NCBI GenBank assembly: GCA_034439575.1
Contig: JAWXAQ010000033.1
Span: 192,001-256,000 of the forward strand
Source of the DNA: Leptospira sp.
GTDB taxonomy: Bacteria; Spirochaetota; Leptospiria; Leptospirales; Leptospiraceae
Direction: 5' to 3'
DNA: 64,000 nt
Every line of letters begins with the position of its first letter. Within the stretch, counting starts at the first letter, position 1. This document shows, one piece after another, positions 30,552 to 41,700 of this stretch. The notes beneath the pieces were generated by a model. That model was not told where the DNA came from. It did no database searches and worked only from the letters and a program-made list of their open reading frames with translations. The translations under genes were made by a program, and so were the position numbers.

Positions 30552-31667
30552 ATGCCAGTACCTTTTATAGATATCAAACGATTCGAAGCCGGATTCCTAA
30601 ATGAGTGGAATGAAAAAGTAAAAACTCTTTCCTCTGTTGCGCAATTTATCGGCGGAACAGAAGTGAGCGAGTTAGAGAATGAGTTATGTGCATGGACACA
30701 AACAAAATTTGCACTAGCTTGTGCTAACGGTACTGATGCGATACAAATTGCTTTAAGAGCTGTTGGAGTAGGTCGAGGTGATAAAGTTTTAGTTCCTGAT
30801 TCTACGTTTTGGGCGACTTTTGAGTCTGTTGTCAATGTTGGAGCTGATCCTTATACAATAGATACAAATCCAAACGATTTACAAATGGATTTTTCGGTTT
30901 TCAAAGAAGCCATTGAAAAAGTAAAACCAAAGGCTGCGATCATCGTACACCTATATGGTTGGGGATCTGGTGATATCGAATCGTATCGAAAATTGTGCAA
31001 AGAAAAAAATATCCCATTAATCGAAGATGGTGCACAATGTTTCGGGGTAAAATACAAAGGTGATCCGATTTATAAAGATGCATTGATTTCTACTACTAGT
31101 TTTTATCCAGCAAAGGTGTTAGGTGCTGCTGGTGATGGTGGTGCAGTTTTTACAAATGATGAAGAACTATCAATCATAGCGAGACGGCTTGCCAATCATG
31201 GCAGAACTTCCCATTATGAGCATGGTCTCGTTGGATGGAATTCTAGACTAGATTCGTTGCAAGGTGCCTTCCTTAGACTATCTTTAAAACATCTGAATGC
31301 ACGAATTGATTCTAGGCGTAAGTCAGCAGAATTCTTTTACAAAAATTTACCTACACTAGGTATCAATGTCATTCATCCACCGAAGGATTTTTATGAAAAT
31401 GGATATTGCAACGTAACACTTGTAAATCCAGAAGAGAGACCCAAAATCGAAGCAGTTTTGAAAGAAAAAGGCATCGGATTTGGAAATATCTATCCTGGTG
31501 CCATGTCAGATCAACCTGGAGCGAAACCTCATTTAATTGAAAGATTTGGCAAAGATCAAAATGCTAGACGGATCGCATCCTCGGTGTTAAACTTTCCTTT
31601 ATTCGCATACATGACTGATTCTGAATTGGATGAAGTTTTATCAGCGATAAAGGCATATAAATCCTAG
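30552..31667 (+). CDS. DegT/DnrJ/EryC1/StrS-family sugar aminotransferase
   Basis: [32 protein letters not shown] and GWNSRLD motifs. Confidence 0.93.
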   Translation: MPVPFIDIKRFEAGFLNEWNEKVKTLSSVAQFIGGTEVSELENELCAWTQTKFALACANGTDAIQIALRAVGVGRGDKVLVPDSTFWATFESVVNVGADPYTIDTNPNDLQMDFSVFKEAIEKVKPKAAIIVHLYGWGSGDIESYRKLCKEKNIPLIEDGAQCFGVKYKGDPIYKDALISTTSFYPAKVLGAAGDGGAVFTNDEELSIIARRLANHGRTSHYEHGLVGWNSRLDSLQGAFLRLSLKHLNARIDSRRKSAEFFYKNLPTLGINVIHPPKDFYENGYCNVTLVNPEERPKIEAVLKEKGIGFGNIYPGAMSDQPGAKPHLIERFGKDQNARRIASSVLNFPLFAYMTDSELDEVLSAIKAYKS

Positions 31668-31674
31668 GATCAAT

Positions 31675-32430
31675 ATGGAAAAATTTAGAGCCGGTGTATT
31701 TCTTTTTTTATTGCTAGTATTAGCAGTCTTGACTTTTAGTTTAACTAAGAGTTGGCGATTGTATGATTCTGGCTATGAAGTAACTGTGGAATCACCGGAG
31801 GATAAAGATAAGGAAAAGGACAAAGAAACTGTCGTTGAACCAACAGATATCATTGATTTAGAAGATGGGAATGGAAAAGTATTTTGGAAGCAGTTCTATA
31901 TTTATCCCGTTGGACTTGTAACGGAAACAGGTGGTTATAACCCAGATGGTATCATTTCTCATGCGAGAAATCTTTATTCTACAAATTTAAAAACAGGATC
32001 AGTTAAAAAACTTTTCACACGAGATGTATATGTATGGGATTTTTTCCAAGGTGATTTTACAAAAAAGATCATTTCAAATACCATTGATGTACCAAAAGAA
32101 GATTCTTTAGAAATAGAACGAAAATTGATCGTATTTGCCGCTACAGAAGATTCGAATGATGATGGGGTTTTAAATCATAAGGACTATAAACGAGTTTACC
32201 TTTTTGATCCCGAAAAAGAAGTGTTAGTTGATGTTCTTCCGCCTAAATACCAATTCAGGAAGTTGGTTTTTAATACTTCAAAAAATAATCTTGCTCTTAT
32301 TGTTAAAAAAATACCAGAAAAGATTTCTGAGAAGTCAAAAGGTAAAAAAATAGAACCCATCATCAAACATGAGATATACAGTTTTGATGTGAATACAGGT
32401 AAAGGATTGATTTCAAGCGCCTTGGAATAA
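31675..32430 (+). CDS. Membrane-anchored hypothetical protein
   Basis: N-terminal TM helix; EF-hand-like DSNDDGVLNHKD. Confidence 0.7.
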   Translation: MEKFRAGVFLFLLLVLAVLTFSLTKSWRLYDSGYEVTVESPEDKDKEKDKETVVEPTDIIDLEDGNGKVFWKQFYIYPVGLVTETGGYNPDGIISHARNLYSTNLKTGSVKKLFTRDVYVWDFFQGDFTKKIISNTIDVPKEDSLEIERKLIVFAATEDSNDDGVLNHKDYKRVYLFDPEKEVLVDVLPPKYQFRKLVFNTSKNNLALIVKKIPEKISEKSKGKKIEPIIKHEIYSFDVNTGKGLISSALE

Positions 32431-32449
32431 AATTCTATAGCGTTATTTG

Positions 32450-32486
32450 TTTTCATTCACTACCCGATTTCGATAGCGAATGAAAA
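32450..32486. terminator. Stem-loop between convergent genes (probable terminator)
   Basis: TTTTCATTCACTA...TAGCGAATGAAAA, a 13-bp stem with one A/C position that is a G-U pair on the minus strand. Confidence 0.55.
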
Positions 32487-32577
32487 TAGTTTCTTTGGAT
32501 GAATTATAAGAGAGAGTAAAAAGAAGAACTTTGAAAAAAATTCTTCTTTTATATTAATCTTTCCTTCTCCTTTTCTC

Positions 32578-35343
32578 TTAACTCAAAGCATCCTTAACCA
32601 ATTCTGCTTGTTCTTTTAAGTGAGTCACCACATGGCCACAGGCTGGACTTGGGAATTCGGATCTTCCTGCATAGTGTAGTCTTTTGTTTTCAGGGATAAG
32701 ACCTTCGATACGATCCCGAATGAATGACCAGGCACCTTGGTTTTTAGGTTCTTCTTGTACCCAAACATATTTTTTAGCTTTGGAATAAGTGGAAATCATT
32801 TGTTTGATTTGTTTTTCAGGAAATGGATAGAGTTGTTCTACGCGGATGACGGCTACGTTTTCTTTCTTTTCCGTATCCACTGCCTTTCTTAAATCATAAT
32901 AAACTTTACCCGAACAGAAAAGAACTTGATCAACTTTTTCTGGTTTGGCGACAGGATCGACTAAAACTTTTTTGAATACACCTGTTGTAATTTCATCTAA
33001 AGTAGATCCTGCTTCCTTCAATCTTAATAAAGACTTTGGAGTCATGATTACTAGTGGCTTTCTAAAACTTTGTAAGATTTGTCTTCTTAAAATATGAAAG
33101 TACTGAGCTGGAGTGGTAAGGTTTGCTACTTGGATATTATCTAAGGCACATAGTTGTAAAAATCTTTCCAATCGCGCTGACGAATGTTCTGGGCCTTGGC
33201 CTTCATATCCGTGTGGAAGAAGACATACAAGTCCACTCATCCTTTGCCACTTGATTTCAGAAGAAGAAACAAATTGATCAAAGATGACTTGTGCATTATT
33301 TGCAAAGTCACCAAATTGAGCTTCCCATATAACAAGGGAATTTGGATCAGCTAGTGAGAATCCGTATTCAAAACCCAAACATGAATATTCAGAAAGGGAT
33401 GAGTTTACGATATCTATCTTTGCTTGTTTGTCACTGATATGGTTTAAGAGAGTAACTTTTTTACCGTTTTTTATATCAGCCAAGGTCGCATGTCTATGGG
33501 AAAAAGTGCCTCTTTGAGCATCTTGGCCAGCAAGACGAATCGGGAATCCGTTTTCAAGAATTGAGCCAAATGATAAAGCCTCAGCAAAACCCCAATCAAT
33601 GGGAAGTTCACCAGCACCCATTTTTGATCTGTCTTCTAAAACTTTCGCATGTTTTGGGTTAGCTGAAAAACCCTCTGGGAATGCTGTGATGGCCTTGACG
33701 ATCCCACCTAATTGTTGTTGCAAAAGTTGAGTGTGGACATCCGAATCCAATGGTTCTTTTGAATATCTGGACCAAACGCCACCTAGGGTGTCGACTGTTA
33801 TACGAGTATCTTTTTCTTTGGCTTGTTGGAAGGAAGCTTCGAGACCGTTGTTGATTCCTTCTTTGATGAAATCTATTTCATCTTGAGTGATATCACCACG
33901 TGATAATAGGGATTTTTCATAAATCGTAATCGTTTTGGGATGTTTTTTGATGATATCATACATTTGCGGTTGAGTGAACGTTGGCTCATCCATTTCGTTA
34001 TGACCAAGTCGGCGATAACAAATTAAATCTATAATCACATCTTTTTTGAATTTTTGTCTATATTCTAATGCGAGTTTGGTGACTCTATATGTGGCTTCTG
34101 GGTCATCTCCATTCACATGAAAGATCGGTATCTGGTAACCTTTGGCAAGATCTGTAGCGTAGAGTGTCGAACGTGATTCACTAGGAAGAGTTGTGAAACC
34201 GATCTGATTGTTGATCACAATATGAAAAGTGCCACCAACAGTGTAACCATCAAGATTCATCATATTTAAAGTTTCAGCAACCACACCTTGACCTGCAAAT
34301 GCAGCATCACCATGTATCGCCACTGGCATAAATTTAGAACGGTCTGAATCACCTAACATTTCTTGGCGTGCTCGCACGGAACCTGCGATCACAGGATCCA
34401 CAGCTTCCAAATGTGAAGGGTTAAAGGCAAGTGAGAGTTTTACTTCTTTACCGGAGTGTGTCATCACATGATTGGAATAACCTAAGTGATACTTAACATC
34501 CGCATAACCTAATTGGCCTGGATTTAATTTTTCTTCAAATTCTGCAAAGATAAGACCAGCAGGTTTACGAATGATATTTACTAAAACATTGAGTCGACCT
34601 CGGTGTGCCATGCCAATGACAAGAGCATCCATCTTGTGAAGTCCTGCTTCTTCCACAAGAGTGTCAAGCATTGGGATCATGGTCTCCCCGCCTTCTAGTG
34701 AAAAACGCTTTTTACCTACGAATTTTTTTGCAAGAAAGTTTTCGAAAGTGTCAGCCTGATAAAGTTTTTCAAAAAGTCTGAGTGCTGTTTTTTTCGCAAT
34801 AGGCTCGTTATTCGCCAAAGGCTCCATACGATTTTGTAGCCATTCCCGTTCTTCATCATTCACTAAATAATAATGTTCGGAACCTATGGATCCACAATAA
34901 GTCTTTTCGAACCATGCGATGACATCTTTCAGTTTTGTTTTGCCCAAATTGGCAACACCTGAATCAACTTCCGTTTCCAAATCTGTAGACTTAAGTGCTT
35001 GTAATTTTAAATCTATAAATTCTCTGTTAGGTTTATTGATACCGAGTGGATCCAAATTGGATGCAAGATGACCTTGTCTACGATAGGCGTTTAGTAGGTT
35101 GATGATACCAAAATCACTTAGAGAAGAATCCTTTCTGTGTTCTGAAGATGAATAATTTACATAGCCATTTCCATTAAAGCCATTGTTTGTTCCGTTTGGA
35201 GAAATAGAACCTCGTTCCAATTCTTGGAAAAATAAAACCCAATCCTTATCAAGTGATGTAGGATCACTTTTAAATTGTTCGTATAACTCTTCCAATACGA
35301 CGACATTGTCCCCGTATAAACTCATCATCTGTTCAGCAGTCAT
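32578..35343 (-). CDS. sucA: 2-oxoglutarate dehydrogenase E1
   Basis: [41 protein letters not shown] and [14 protein letters not shown] motifs. Confidence 0.98.
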   Translation of the reverse strand: MTAEQMMSLYGDNVVVLEELYEQFKSDPTSLDKDWVLFFQELERGSISPNGTNNGFNGNGYVNYSSSEHRKDSSLSDFGIINLLNAYRRQGHLASNLDPLGINKPNREFIDLKLQALKSTDLETEVDSGVANLGKTKLKDVIAWFEKTYCGSIGSEHYYLVNDEEREWLQNRMEPLANNEPIAKKTALRLFEKLYQADTFENFLAKKFVGKKRFSLEGGETMIPMLDTLVEEAGLHKMDALVIGMAHRGRLNVLVNIIRKPAGLIFAEFEEKLNPGQLGYADVKYHLGYSNHVMTHSGKEVKLSLAFNPSHLEAVDPVIAGSVRARQEMLGDSDRSKFMPVAIHGDAAFAGQGVVAETLNMMNLDGYTVGGTFHIVINNQIGFTTLPSESRSTLYATDLAKGYQIPIFHVNGDDPEATYRVTKLALEYRQKFKKDVIIDLICYRRLGHNEMDEPTFTQPQMYDIIKKHPKTITIYEKSLLSRGDITQDEIDFIKEGINNGLEASFQQAKEKDTRITVDTLGGVWSRYSKEPLDSDVHTQLLQQQLGGIVKAITAFPEGFSANPKHAKVLEDRSKMGAGELPIDWGFAEALSFGSILENGFPIRLAGQDAQRGTFSHRHATLADIKNGKKVTLLNHISDKQAKIDIVNSSLSEYSCLGFEYGFSLADPNSLVIWEAQFGDFANNAQVIFDQFVSSSEIKWQRMSGLVCLLPHGYEGQGPEHSSARLERFLQLCALDNIQVANLTTPAQYFHILRRQILQSFRKPLVIMTPKSLLRLKEAGSTLDEITTGVFKKVLVDPVAKPEKVDQVLFCSGKVYYDLRKAVDTEKKENVAVIRVEQLYPFPEKQIKQMISTYSKAKKYVWVQEEPKNQGAWSFIRDRIEGLIPENKRLHYAGRSEFPSPACGHVVTHLKEQAELVKDALS

Positions 35344-35387
35344 TTTTTTCTCCGTATGTCATCAATGAATAACATTTGTATCTTTTT

Positions 35388-36794
35388 TTAAGAATGGATC
35401 GACCATTTTGCATCTGCATCCATAGCCGCTTCACGAATCACTTCAGAGAGTGTCGGATGGGCATGTGTTGATCTGGCAATGTCTTCCGCACTCGCACCAA
35501 ATTCAAAAGCGATCGCAACTTCAGCAATCATATCAGAAGCACGAGGTCCAACGATATGAACACCTAACAACTTATCTGTTTTTTTATCAGCGATTACTTT
35601 TACTTGACCGTCCGGTTCGTTCATAGCCTTTGCACGGGCATTTGGTTTGAACATATACTTTCCGACTTTAAATTCAATCCCTTGGCTCTTTAATTCTTCT
35701 TCCCCGAGTCCAACCCAAGCCACTTCTGGCCAAGTATAAACAACCCAAGGTATAGCTTTATAATTAACATGACCTGCTTTGCCTGCGAGAATCTCAGCAA
35801 GAGCTATGCCTTCATCTTCTGCTTTGTGTGCAAGCATCGGACCATCAATCACATCACCTATCGCATAGATATTGGGGATGTTTGTTTGGAAGTGGTTTGG
35901 TTTGACTTTGATGCGACCACGTTCTGTCATTTCGATACCAATTTCTTTGGCTCCGAGGCCATCTGTATTTGGTCTGCGACCAATGGAAACTAGAACTTTA
36001 TCACCTTCTAATATGGACTTTTTGCCTGATTTGTCTTCGATCTCAACTTCGACTTTTTTGCCTTTGACTTTGGCGCCATGCACTTTCGTTTCGAACAAAA
36101 ATGTTAAGTCTTGTTTTTCGAGAAGTCTCTGTGTTAGATTTGCCGTGCCTAAGTCAGCAGTACCAAATAGCCTTGGCATAAGTTCCACAATGGTTACTTT
36201 TGCTCCGAGCCTTGCCCAAACAGATCCTAATTCCAGCCCAATGACTCCAGCACCTACAATGATTAGGTGAGAGGGCACTTCTTCCAAAGCGATGGCATGA
36301 TCAGATGTGATGAGTGCTTTACCATCAATAGGAAGTGGTGGGATTTCTATAGGAGTGGATCCAGTGGCAATGATGATGTTTGTTCCAGAGATAGTTTCTG
36401 TTTTTCCGTCATCGCCAGTGATTAGAATTTCATTTTTGGAAGTGAATTTTCCAAGGCCGAGATATCTTGTGATTTTGTTTTTTTTCATCAGATAATCAAC
36501 ACCAGATGTTACTTCACCAACGACTTTGTCCTTTCTCTCCATCATTTTTTTGATGTCGATTTTGAGAGAGCCTACGGTAATCCCGTGATCACCTAATTTG
36601 TGTTTTGCTTTGTGGTATTCTTCTGATGAATCAAGTAGAGCCTTTGAAGGGATACATCCCACATTCAAACATGTACCACCAAGAGTTTTGCGTTTTTCAA
36701 TAATGGCAACTTTTTTGCCTAATTGTGCGGCACGAACTGCCGCCACGTAACCACCAGGACCTGCACCAATGATGACGATATCATAATTTTCCAT
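35388..36794 (-). CDS. lpdA: Dihydrolipoamide dehydrogenase (E3)
   Basis: [20 protein letters not shown] and HAHPTLSE motifs. Confidence 0.97.
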   Translation of the reverse strand: MENYDIVIIGAGPGGYVAAVRAAQLGKKVAIIEKRKTLGGTCLNVGCIPSKALLDSSEEYHKAKHKLGDHGITVGSLKIDIKKMMERKDKVVGEVTSGVDYLMKKNKITRYLGLGKFTSKNEILITGDDGKTETISGTNIIIATGSTPIEIPPLPIDGKALITSDHAIALEEVPSHLIIVGAGVIGLELGSVWARLGAKVTIVELMPRLFGTADLGTANLTQRLLEKQDLTFLFETKVHGAKVKGKKVEVEIEDKSGKKSILEGDKVLVSIGRRPNTDGLGAKEIGIEMTERGRIKVKPNHFQTNIPNIYAIGDVIDGPMLAHKAEDEGIALAEILAGKAGHVNYKAIPWVVYTWPEVAWVGLGEEELKSQGIEFKVGKYMFKPNARAKAMNEPDGQVKVIADKKTDKLLGVHIVGPRASDMIAEVAIAFEFGASAEDIARSTHAHPTLSEVIREAAMDADAKWSIHS

Positions 36795-36802
36795 AAGTGA
36801 AT

Positions 36803-38038
36803 TTAAACCTCAAAGAGAAGACGAGTTGGATCTTCTACGGATTCTTTAATTTTGACAAGGAACTGCACAGCTTCCTTTCCATCTACGATTCTATGATCAT
36901 AAGAAAGTGCTAAATACATCATAGGACGAATCACGATCTCATCATTGACAACTATCGCACGTTTGACGATATTGTGCATGCCTAAAATGGCTGATTGTGG
37001 TGGATTGAGAATCGGTGTGGACATCATTGAACCATACACACCGCCATTTGTAATGGAGAAAGTGCCACCTTCCATATCTTCTAACGAGAGTTTGCCGTCT
37101 TTTACTTTGCCTGCTAGGCGTGCGATTTCGGCTTCGATTTGTGCAAAGCTCAGTAAATCCGTATCTCTGACAACTGGAACCACAAGTCCTTTGGGACCAC
37201 CAACAGCCACACCAATATCATAAAAGTTTTTATATACGATATCTGTGCCTCGTATTTCTGCATTGATGGCTGGGAAAGTTTTCAAAGCGGCAACAGCGGC
37301 TTTTGTAAACAATGACATAAATCCAAGACCCACACCATGCGTTTCTTTGAATTTTTCTTTATACTTCGTGCGAAGATCCATAATCGCACTCATATCAACT
37401 TCATTGAAAGTTGTCAATATAGCGGCTGTTTGTTGTGCTTGGACGAGTCGATTTGCGATCGTTTGGCGAAGTTTTGTCATTGGAACAATAGTTTCGCGAG
37501 GACCGTTTGAACGGCTTCCAGTCGGAACTTGTTTTGGAATTTCAGGGGAAACACTTGCCTTCGTTGCGGCTCCTGCGCCTGATTTTGAGGATTCCATATA
37601 TAAAATTACATCTTCTTTTGTAATTTGTCCATTGCGACCTGTGCCTTTAATTTTCGAAACATCAAGTTTGTTTTCTTCGATCATCTTACGTGCCGCAGGT
37701 GGAAGTTCCTCATTTATTTTACCAGTAGGTGGACTTACGGATGGAGCTTGGGTAGCAGTTGATTGAGGGGAGCTACTCGGAACACTTGCCGTAGCTTTAG
37801 CACCTTCTTCTATAGCACCGATAATGTCTCGAACATGTACAACATCGCCGACTTTTTTATTAATACTTTTTAAAACACCAGATACTGGTGCTGGAATCTC
37901 TAACGAGACTTTGTCGGTCTCAAGTATGGCAAGAACTTCGTCTGCATTGACTGAATCGCCTTCTTTTTTTGTCCACGCACTGATTGTCGCTTCGGTTACG
38001 GATTCCCCCATCTCGGGGACTTTAATTTCTATTGCCAT
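36803..38038 (-). CDS. sucB: Dihydrolipoamide succinyltransferase (E2)
   Basis: Lipoyl motif ETDKV, E3-binding [12 protein letters not shown] and catalytic SYDHRIVDG. Confidence 0.97.
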   Translation of the reverse strand: MAIEIKVPEMGESVTEATISAWTKKEGDSVNADEVLAILETDKVSLEIPAPVSGVLKSINKKVGDVVHVRDIIGAIEEGAKATASVPSSSPQSTATQAPSVSPPTGKINEELPPAARKMIEENKLDVSKIKGTGRNGQITKEDVILYMESSKSGAGAATKASVSPEIPKQVPTGSRSNGPRETIVPMTKLRQTIANRLVQAQQTAAILTTFNEVDMSAIMDLRTKYKEKFKETHGVGLGFMSLFTKAAVAALKTFPAINAEIRGTDIVYKNFYDIGVAVGGPKGLVVPVVRDTDLLSFAQIEAEIARLAGKVKDGKLSLEDMEGGTFSITNGGVYGSMMSTPILNPPQSAILGMHNIVKRAIVVNDEIVIRPMMYLALSYDHRIVDGKEAVQFLVKIKESVEDPTRLLFEV

Positions 38039-38187
38039 GTAGGTTTCCTAAGATCTGGTATTTGTCGAAAATGGGGATTGTTTGAATGGGATTCCATGGA
38101 ATCTAAGTCTACGATAGCTTGGAGGAAGTAAAAAACGCAAGCCAAAAAAGAGTTTTAAGTTTGGTTGCGCCTCCATAGAGTCGCAGT

Positions 38188-38718
38188 ATGATTTATACCT
38201 TTCAAGGCAAGACCCCCGTGATTGCCCCTTCCGCCTGGGTCGCTCCTTCTGCCGATATTATGGGCGATGTGGTGATTGGAGAGGAGTCTTCAATTTGGTT
38301 CCAATGCGTTTTGCGCGGGGATGTGAATTACATTCGGATTGGCAGTCATGTCAATATCCAAGATATGACATTGGTTCATGTTTCTAGAAATCTCTTTCCT
38401 GTGATTATTGGCGATTATGTGTCCATTGGCCATCATGCGACAATTCATGCCTGCACACTTAAAGATCACTCCTTTGTGGGAATGGGGGCGACGGTAATGG
38501 ATGATGTTGAGATCGGCGAATGGTCGTTTGTTGGGGCAGGGTCTCTTGTGCCACCTGGAAAAAAAATACCTCCCGGTGTTTTACTAATGGGAAGCCCAGC
38601 TAAAATTATCCGAGATATTACAGAAAAAGACAGAGAAATTATCACTCGTACTGCGGACAATTACGTAAAGTACAAGGAAAATTATAGAAATGCTGGGATT
38701 ATCGCTAAACAGATATAG
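38188..38718 (+). CDS. Gamma-carbonic anhydrase family (YrdA-like) protein
   Basis: LRGDVN, NIQD...[11 protein letters not shown] and hexapeptide repeats. Confidence 0.92.
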   Translation: MIYTFQGKTPVIAPSAWVAPSADIMGDVVIGEESSIWFQCVLRGDVNYIRIGSHVNIQDMTLVHVSRNLFPVIIGDYVSIGHHATIHACTLKDHSFVGMGATVMDDVEIGEWSFVGAGSLVPPGKKIPPGVLLMGSPAKIIRDITEKDREIITRTADNYVKYKENYRNAGIIAKQI

Positions 38719-38751
38719 CAAAGAAAACATCATTTCTATTATCATAGTCAT

Positions 38752-39109
38752 ATGGAAACATTAGAATACTCTTATGCAGGTTTTTTGCCTGGAATTTTGT
38801 TTAGAAATAATGAACCAATGGTATTGAAAGGTACGGGCCAACCACTATTTCATAGTTTCAAACTAGAATTAGACACTTTCCATTGACATTGCGAATTAAA
38901 TGATAAAATCGTTTTTTTTACAGATGGATTGTATGAATTATTACAAAATGATTCGTCATATCTTGGTTATGATGATGTAGCAAATGAAATCAAAAAAATC
39001 AAATGATTTGAATTTATCATGAATCATTAAATTCCTTAAAGAAATTCGAGAAAATTCCAACCAAGGATTTACTGACGATGCGAGTATTTTACTTCTTGAA
39101 ATTATTTAA
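38752..39109 (+). pseudogene. Decayed fragment of a SpoIIE/PP2C phosphatase gene
   Basis: Manual translation: METLEYSYAGFLPGILF...GTGQPLF...FH*(TGA 38884)HCELNDKIVFFTDGLYE...LGYD...KIK*, then after a frameshift ...GFTDDASILLLEII*; matches the PP2C C-terminal motifs (YxxAG, D-x-I-x-x-x-TDG-x-x-E, DD-x-S/T). Confidence 0.8.
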
Positions 39110-39207
39110 AATTATTTAGAACATTCTAAATGATATGCAATCGCAAAATCCTTTTCTCACTCTGAGGTAATGAAATGATGGCGTTGTATCCGTATTTATA
39201 AAATAAC

Positions 39208-40935
39208 ATGTTTAATATACTCAAGAATTTCAGCGTCAGAAAAAAAATATTCATCTCAAATCTAACAAATCAATTTTTTGTTTTGGCAGTGATTCTCATC
39301 TCAGTTTTTGGCATCCAGAGCATGAGTAGAGATTTAAAAAAGATTCAAAATATATATAATGATTCCTTTGGTAAATCAATACTTATCGGTTATGATTTAA
39401 TTTCATTACGAAACCTAACGTCCGATTTCGAAGAAGTAAAATCAGTCACAGAAAAGGAAAAAATAAAAATTGAAATTAAAAATTATAGTCAGTCTATACA
39501 ATTACGATTAGTTGAAATAGAAAAGTTTTTACATCTTTCCAGTTTTGAAGGTGACGGAAATGACAGATCAAATTCTTCAAAAGCATTAGAATTAAATCGA
39601 GAGATTCAAAATTCATTCGAAGTTGTTATTTCAAAGATTGAATCATCTTATGATGAAAAGAATAAAGAAAATATCTCTGAGAGTTTCAATATATTATTAT
39701 CAAAAATAAAATCATTTGATGCTTTATTGCAACAGATGATTTTAAATTACAATGATTCGGTAGAAATGGAAAATGCAAGAATCACCAAATATTTATTAAT
39801 TGGATTTTTTCTTTCTTTGGCCGTAACCTTTTTTGTATCCATATTCTTAGGTAAAAATGTTTCGACTCCTATTCGTTTGGTGGAGTCTATGGCTGCTAGA
39901 TTTGCAGAAGGAGATTTGACCATCAAAGCTCCGATTCACTCAAAAGATGAAATCGGCAGTTTAGCAAAGGCATTTGAACAAGCGGCAAATAACTTAAGGT
40001 CACTTGTTTCATCCATTCAAGGAACTTCGAAAAGTGTAGCAGATACTTCCGAAAACTTATCTTTAACTTCAAAAAGAATAGCTGACGGTTCATCCAACCA
40101 AGCCGCCTCTCTCGAAGAAATAGCTTCCGCTATCACCGAGTTAGTCGAAAGTGTAGAAAATGTATCGCAGTCAGCCGAAGATCAATCAAAGGAAACAGCA
40201 GAAACGATTCAATTTATGAGCGAACTTGCACATGGTATTGAAGATATAGGTGCAAAGTCATTGTTAGTTGACAAAGGCGCCAAAACTATGTTATCTGTTG
40301 CTGAAATAGGTAAAATGAATGTAGATGAATCTGTGAAGCGAATGGCAGATATTTTTGAAAGTTCTGGTAAAATCAGTCAAATTGTGACTGTAATCAACGA
40401 AATTTCTAGCCAAACCAACCTTCTGGCTTTAAATGCAGCCATTGAAGCGGCTAGAGCTGGGGATTCAGGAAGAGGATTTGCGGTCGTTGCAGACGAAATT
40501 TCTAAACTTGCGACCAGATCACAACAAGCTACAAAACAAATTGATTCTCTCATCAAAGAATCTATGCAGAGAGTGGAATTAGGTAAGGAAAAAATTGAAA
40601 CATTGGTTTTGAGTTTTTCACAAGTTTTAGAGAGTTCCAAAGAATCAGCCAATCTCGCATCAGAGATTTCTAATTTAACATCTTCCCAGAATGAAAAGAG
40701 CGGGAAGGTTATGATGTCTGTAACTCACCTAACAAACCTTTCGAATTTTATCGCTGAGGCTACTTCACAGCAAAATACGTCTGCCAGAGAGATTGGAAAT
40801 GCAGTGGATCAGGTGAACAATATCGCCCAATCAAGTGCTTCTTCTTCACAAGATTTAGCCCTAACTACTGTCCAACTTTCAAAATTAGCTGATCATTTAA
40901 CTGAACTTATTATGAATTTCAAAACTTCGGCTTAG
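39208..40935 (+). CDS. Methyl-accepting chemotaxis protein (2 TM, HAMP, signalling domain)
   Basis: HAMP AEGDLT...[11 protein letters not shown]; signalling hairpin [29 protein letters not shown]. Confidence 0.95.
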   Translation: MFNILKNFSVRKKIFISNLTNQFFVLAVILISVFGIQSMSRDLKKIQNIYNDSFGKSILIGYDLISLRNLTSDFEEVKSVTEKEKIKIEIKNYSQSIQLRLVEIEKFLHLSSFEGDGNDRSNSSKALELNREIQNSFEVVISKIESSYDEKNKENISESFNILLSKIKSFDALLQQMILNYNDSVEMENARITKYLLIGFFLSLAVTFFVSIFLGKNVSTPIRLVESMAARFAEGDLTIKAPIHSKDEIGSLAKAFEQAANNLRSLVSSIQGTSKSVADTSENLSLTSKRIADGSSNQAASLEEIASAITELVESVENVSQSAEDQSKETAETIQFMSELAHGIEDIGAKSLLVDKGAKTMLSVAEIGKMNVDESVKRMADIFESSGKISQIVTVINEISSQTNLLALNAAIEAARAGDSGRGFAVVADEISKLATRSQQATKQIDSLIKESMQRVELGKEKIETLVLSFSQVLESSKESANLASEISNLTSSQNEKSGKVMMSVTHLTNLSNFIAEATSQQNTSAREIGNAVDQVNNIAQSSASSSQDLALTTVQLSKLADHLTELIMNFKTSA

Positions 40936-40976
40936 ATAAGTGATTTTTATTAAATATATTGAAAAGATTGGTGAAT

Positions 40977-41666
40977 ATGATAAAATATAATCATCGTTAC
41001 ATTGAAATTATGGGAATCCTAGTCTTCCTATTATATTGTGGATTTTTTTCATATCAAATTTTATTAGAAACAAATCGCTTGTATACGGAATGGAATTTTT
41101 TAATTTTCGCCTTTTTGTTTGTTAGTTTATTGTTTGGATATCTAGGAGCAGATTTTTTTTCAGGACTTGTACATTTTTTAGGGGATACTTTCGGAACCGA
41201 AAATACTCCGATACTCGGTCAATCTTTTATCAAACCTTTTAGAGAACATCACGTTGATCCTAAGGGGATGACAAAACATGATTTTGTAGAAACGAGTGGT
41301 AACAATTGTATTGTATCTCTTCCGTTCATGATGCTTATTTATCATACTATAGAAATTTCAACACAACTTTCTAATTACTTTCTTTTTACTGGATTTATTT
41401 TTTTAATGATCTCTGTATTTATTACAAATCAGATTCACAAATGGGCGCATTTAGATCATCCAGGAAAAATAATTTTATTTTTACAAAAATCAAATTTAAT
41501 TCTATCACCAAATCATCATCAGGTGCATCATACAGCACCATATAATAAATACTATTGCATTACTGTTGGTTGGTTAAATCCAATTCTATCAAAAATACAT
41601 TTTTTTGAGATAATTAGAACAGTTGCTGAAAAATTATTTGGCAAATGGATAACTATAAATAAGTAA
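40977..41666 (+). CDS. CarF/TMEM189 (PEDS1)/FAD4-family membrane lipid desaturase
   Basis: ADFFSGLVHFLGD, FREHHVDP, TKHDFVE, NQIHKWAH, HHQVHH and YYCITVGW motifs; alternative TTG start at 40959. Confidence 0.88.
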   Translation: MIKYNHRYIEIMGILVFLLYCGFFSYQILLETNRLYTEWNFLIFAFLFVSLLFGYLGADFFSGLVHFLGDTFGTENTPILGQSFIKPFREHHVDPKGMTKHDFVETSGNNCIVSLPFMMLIYHTIEISTQLSNYFLFTGFIFLMISVFITNQIHKWAHLDHPGKIILFLQKSNLILSPNHHQVHHTAPYNKYYCITVGWLNPILSKIHFFEIIRTVAEKLFGKWITINK

Positions 41667-41700
41667 ATGATGTAATAAAACAGTAAAATTCGAAAGAGTT

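Noticed and set aside
38884..38886. In-frame TGA in the PP2C-like fragment as possible selenocysteine or programmed readthrough
   Set aside because: The fragment also has further stops, a frameshift and no N-terminal half; simple decay explains it.
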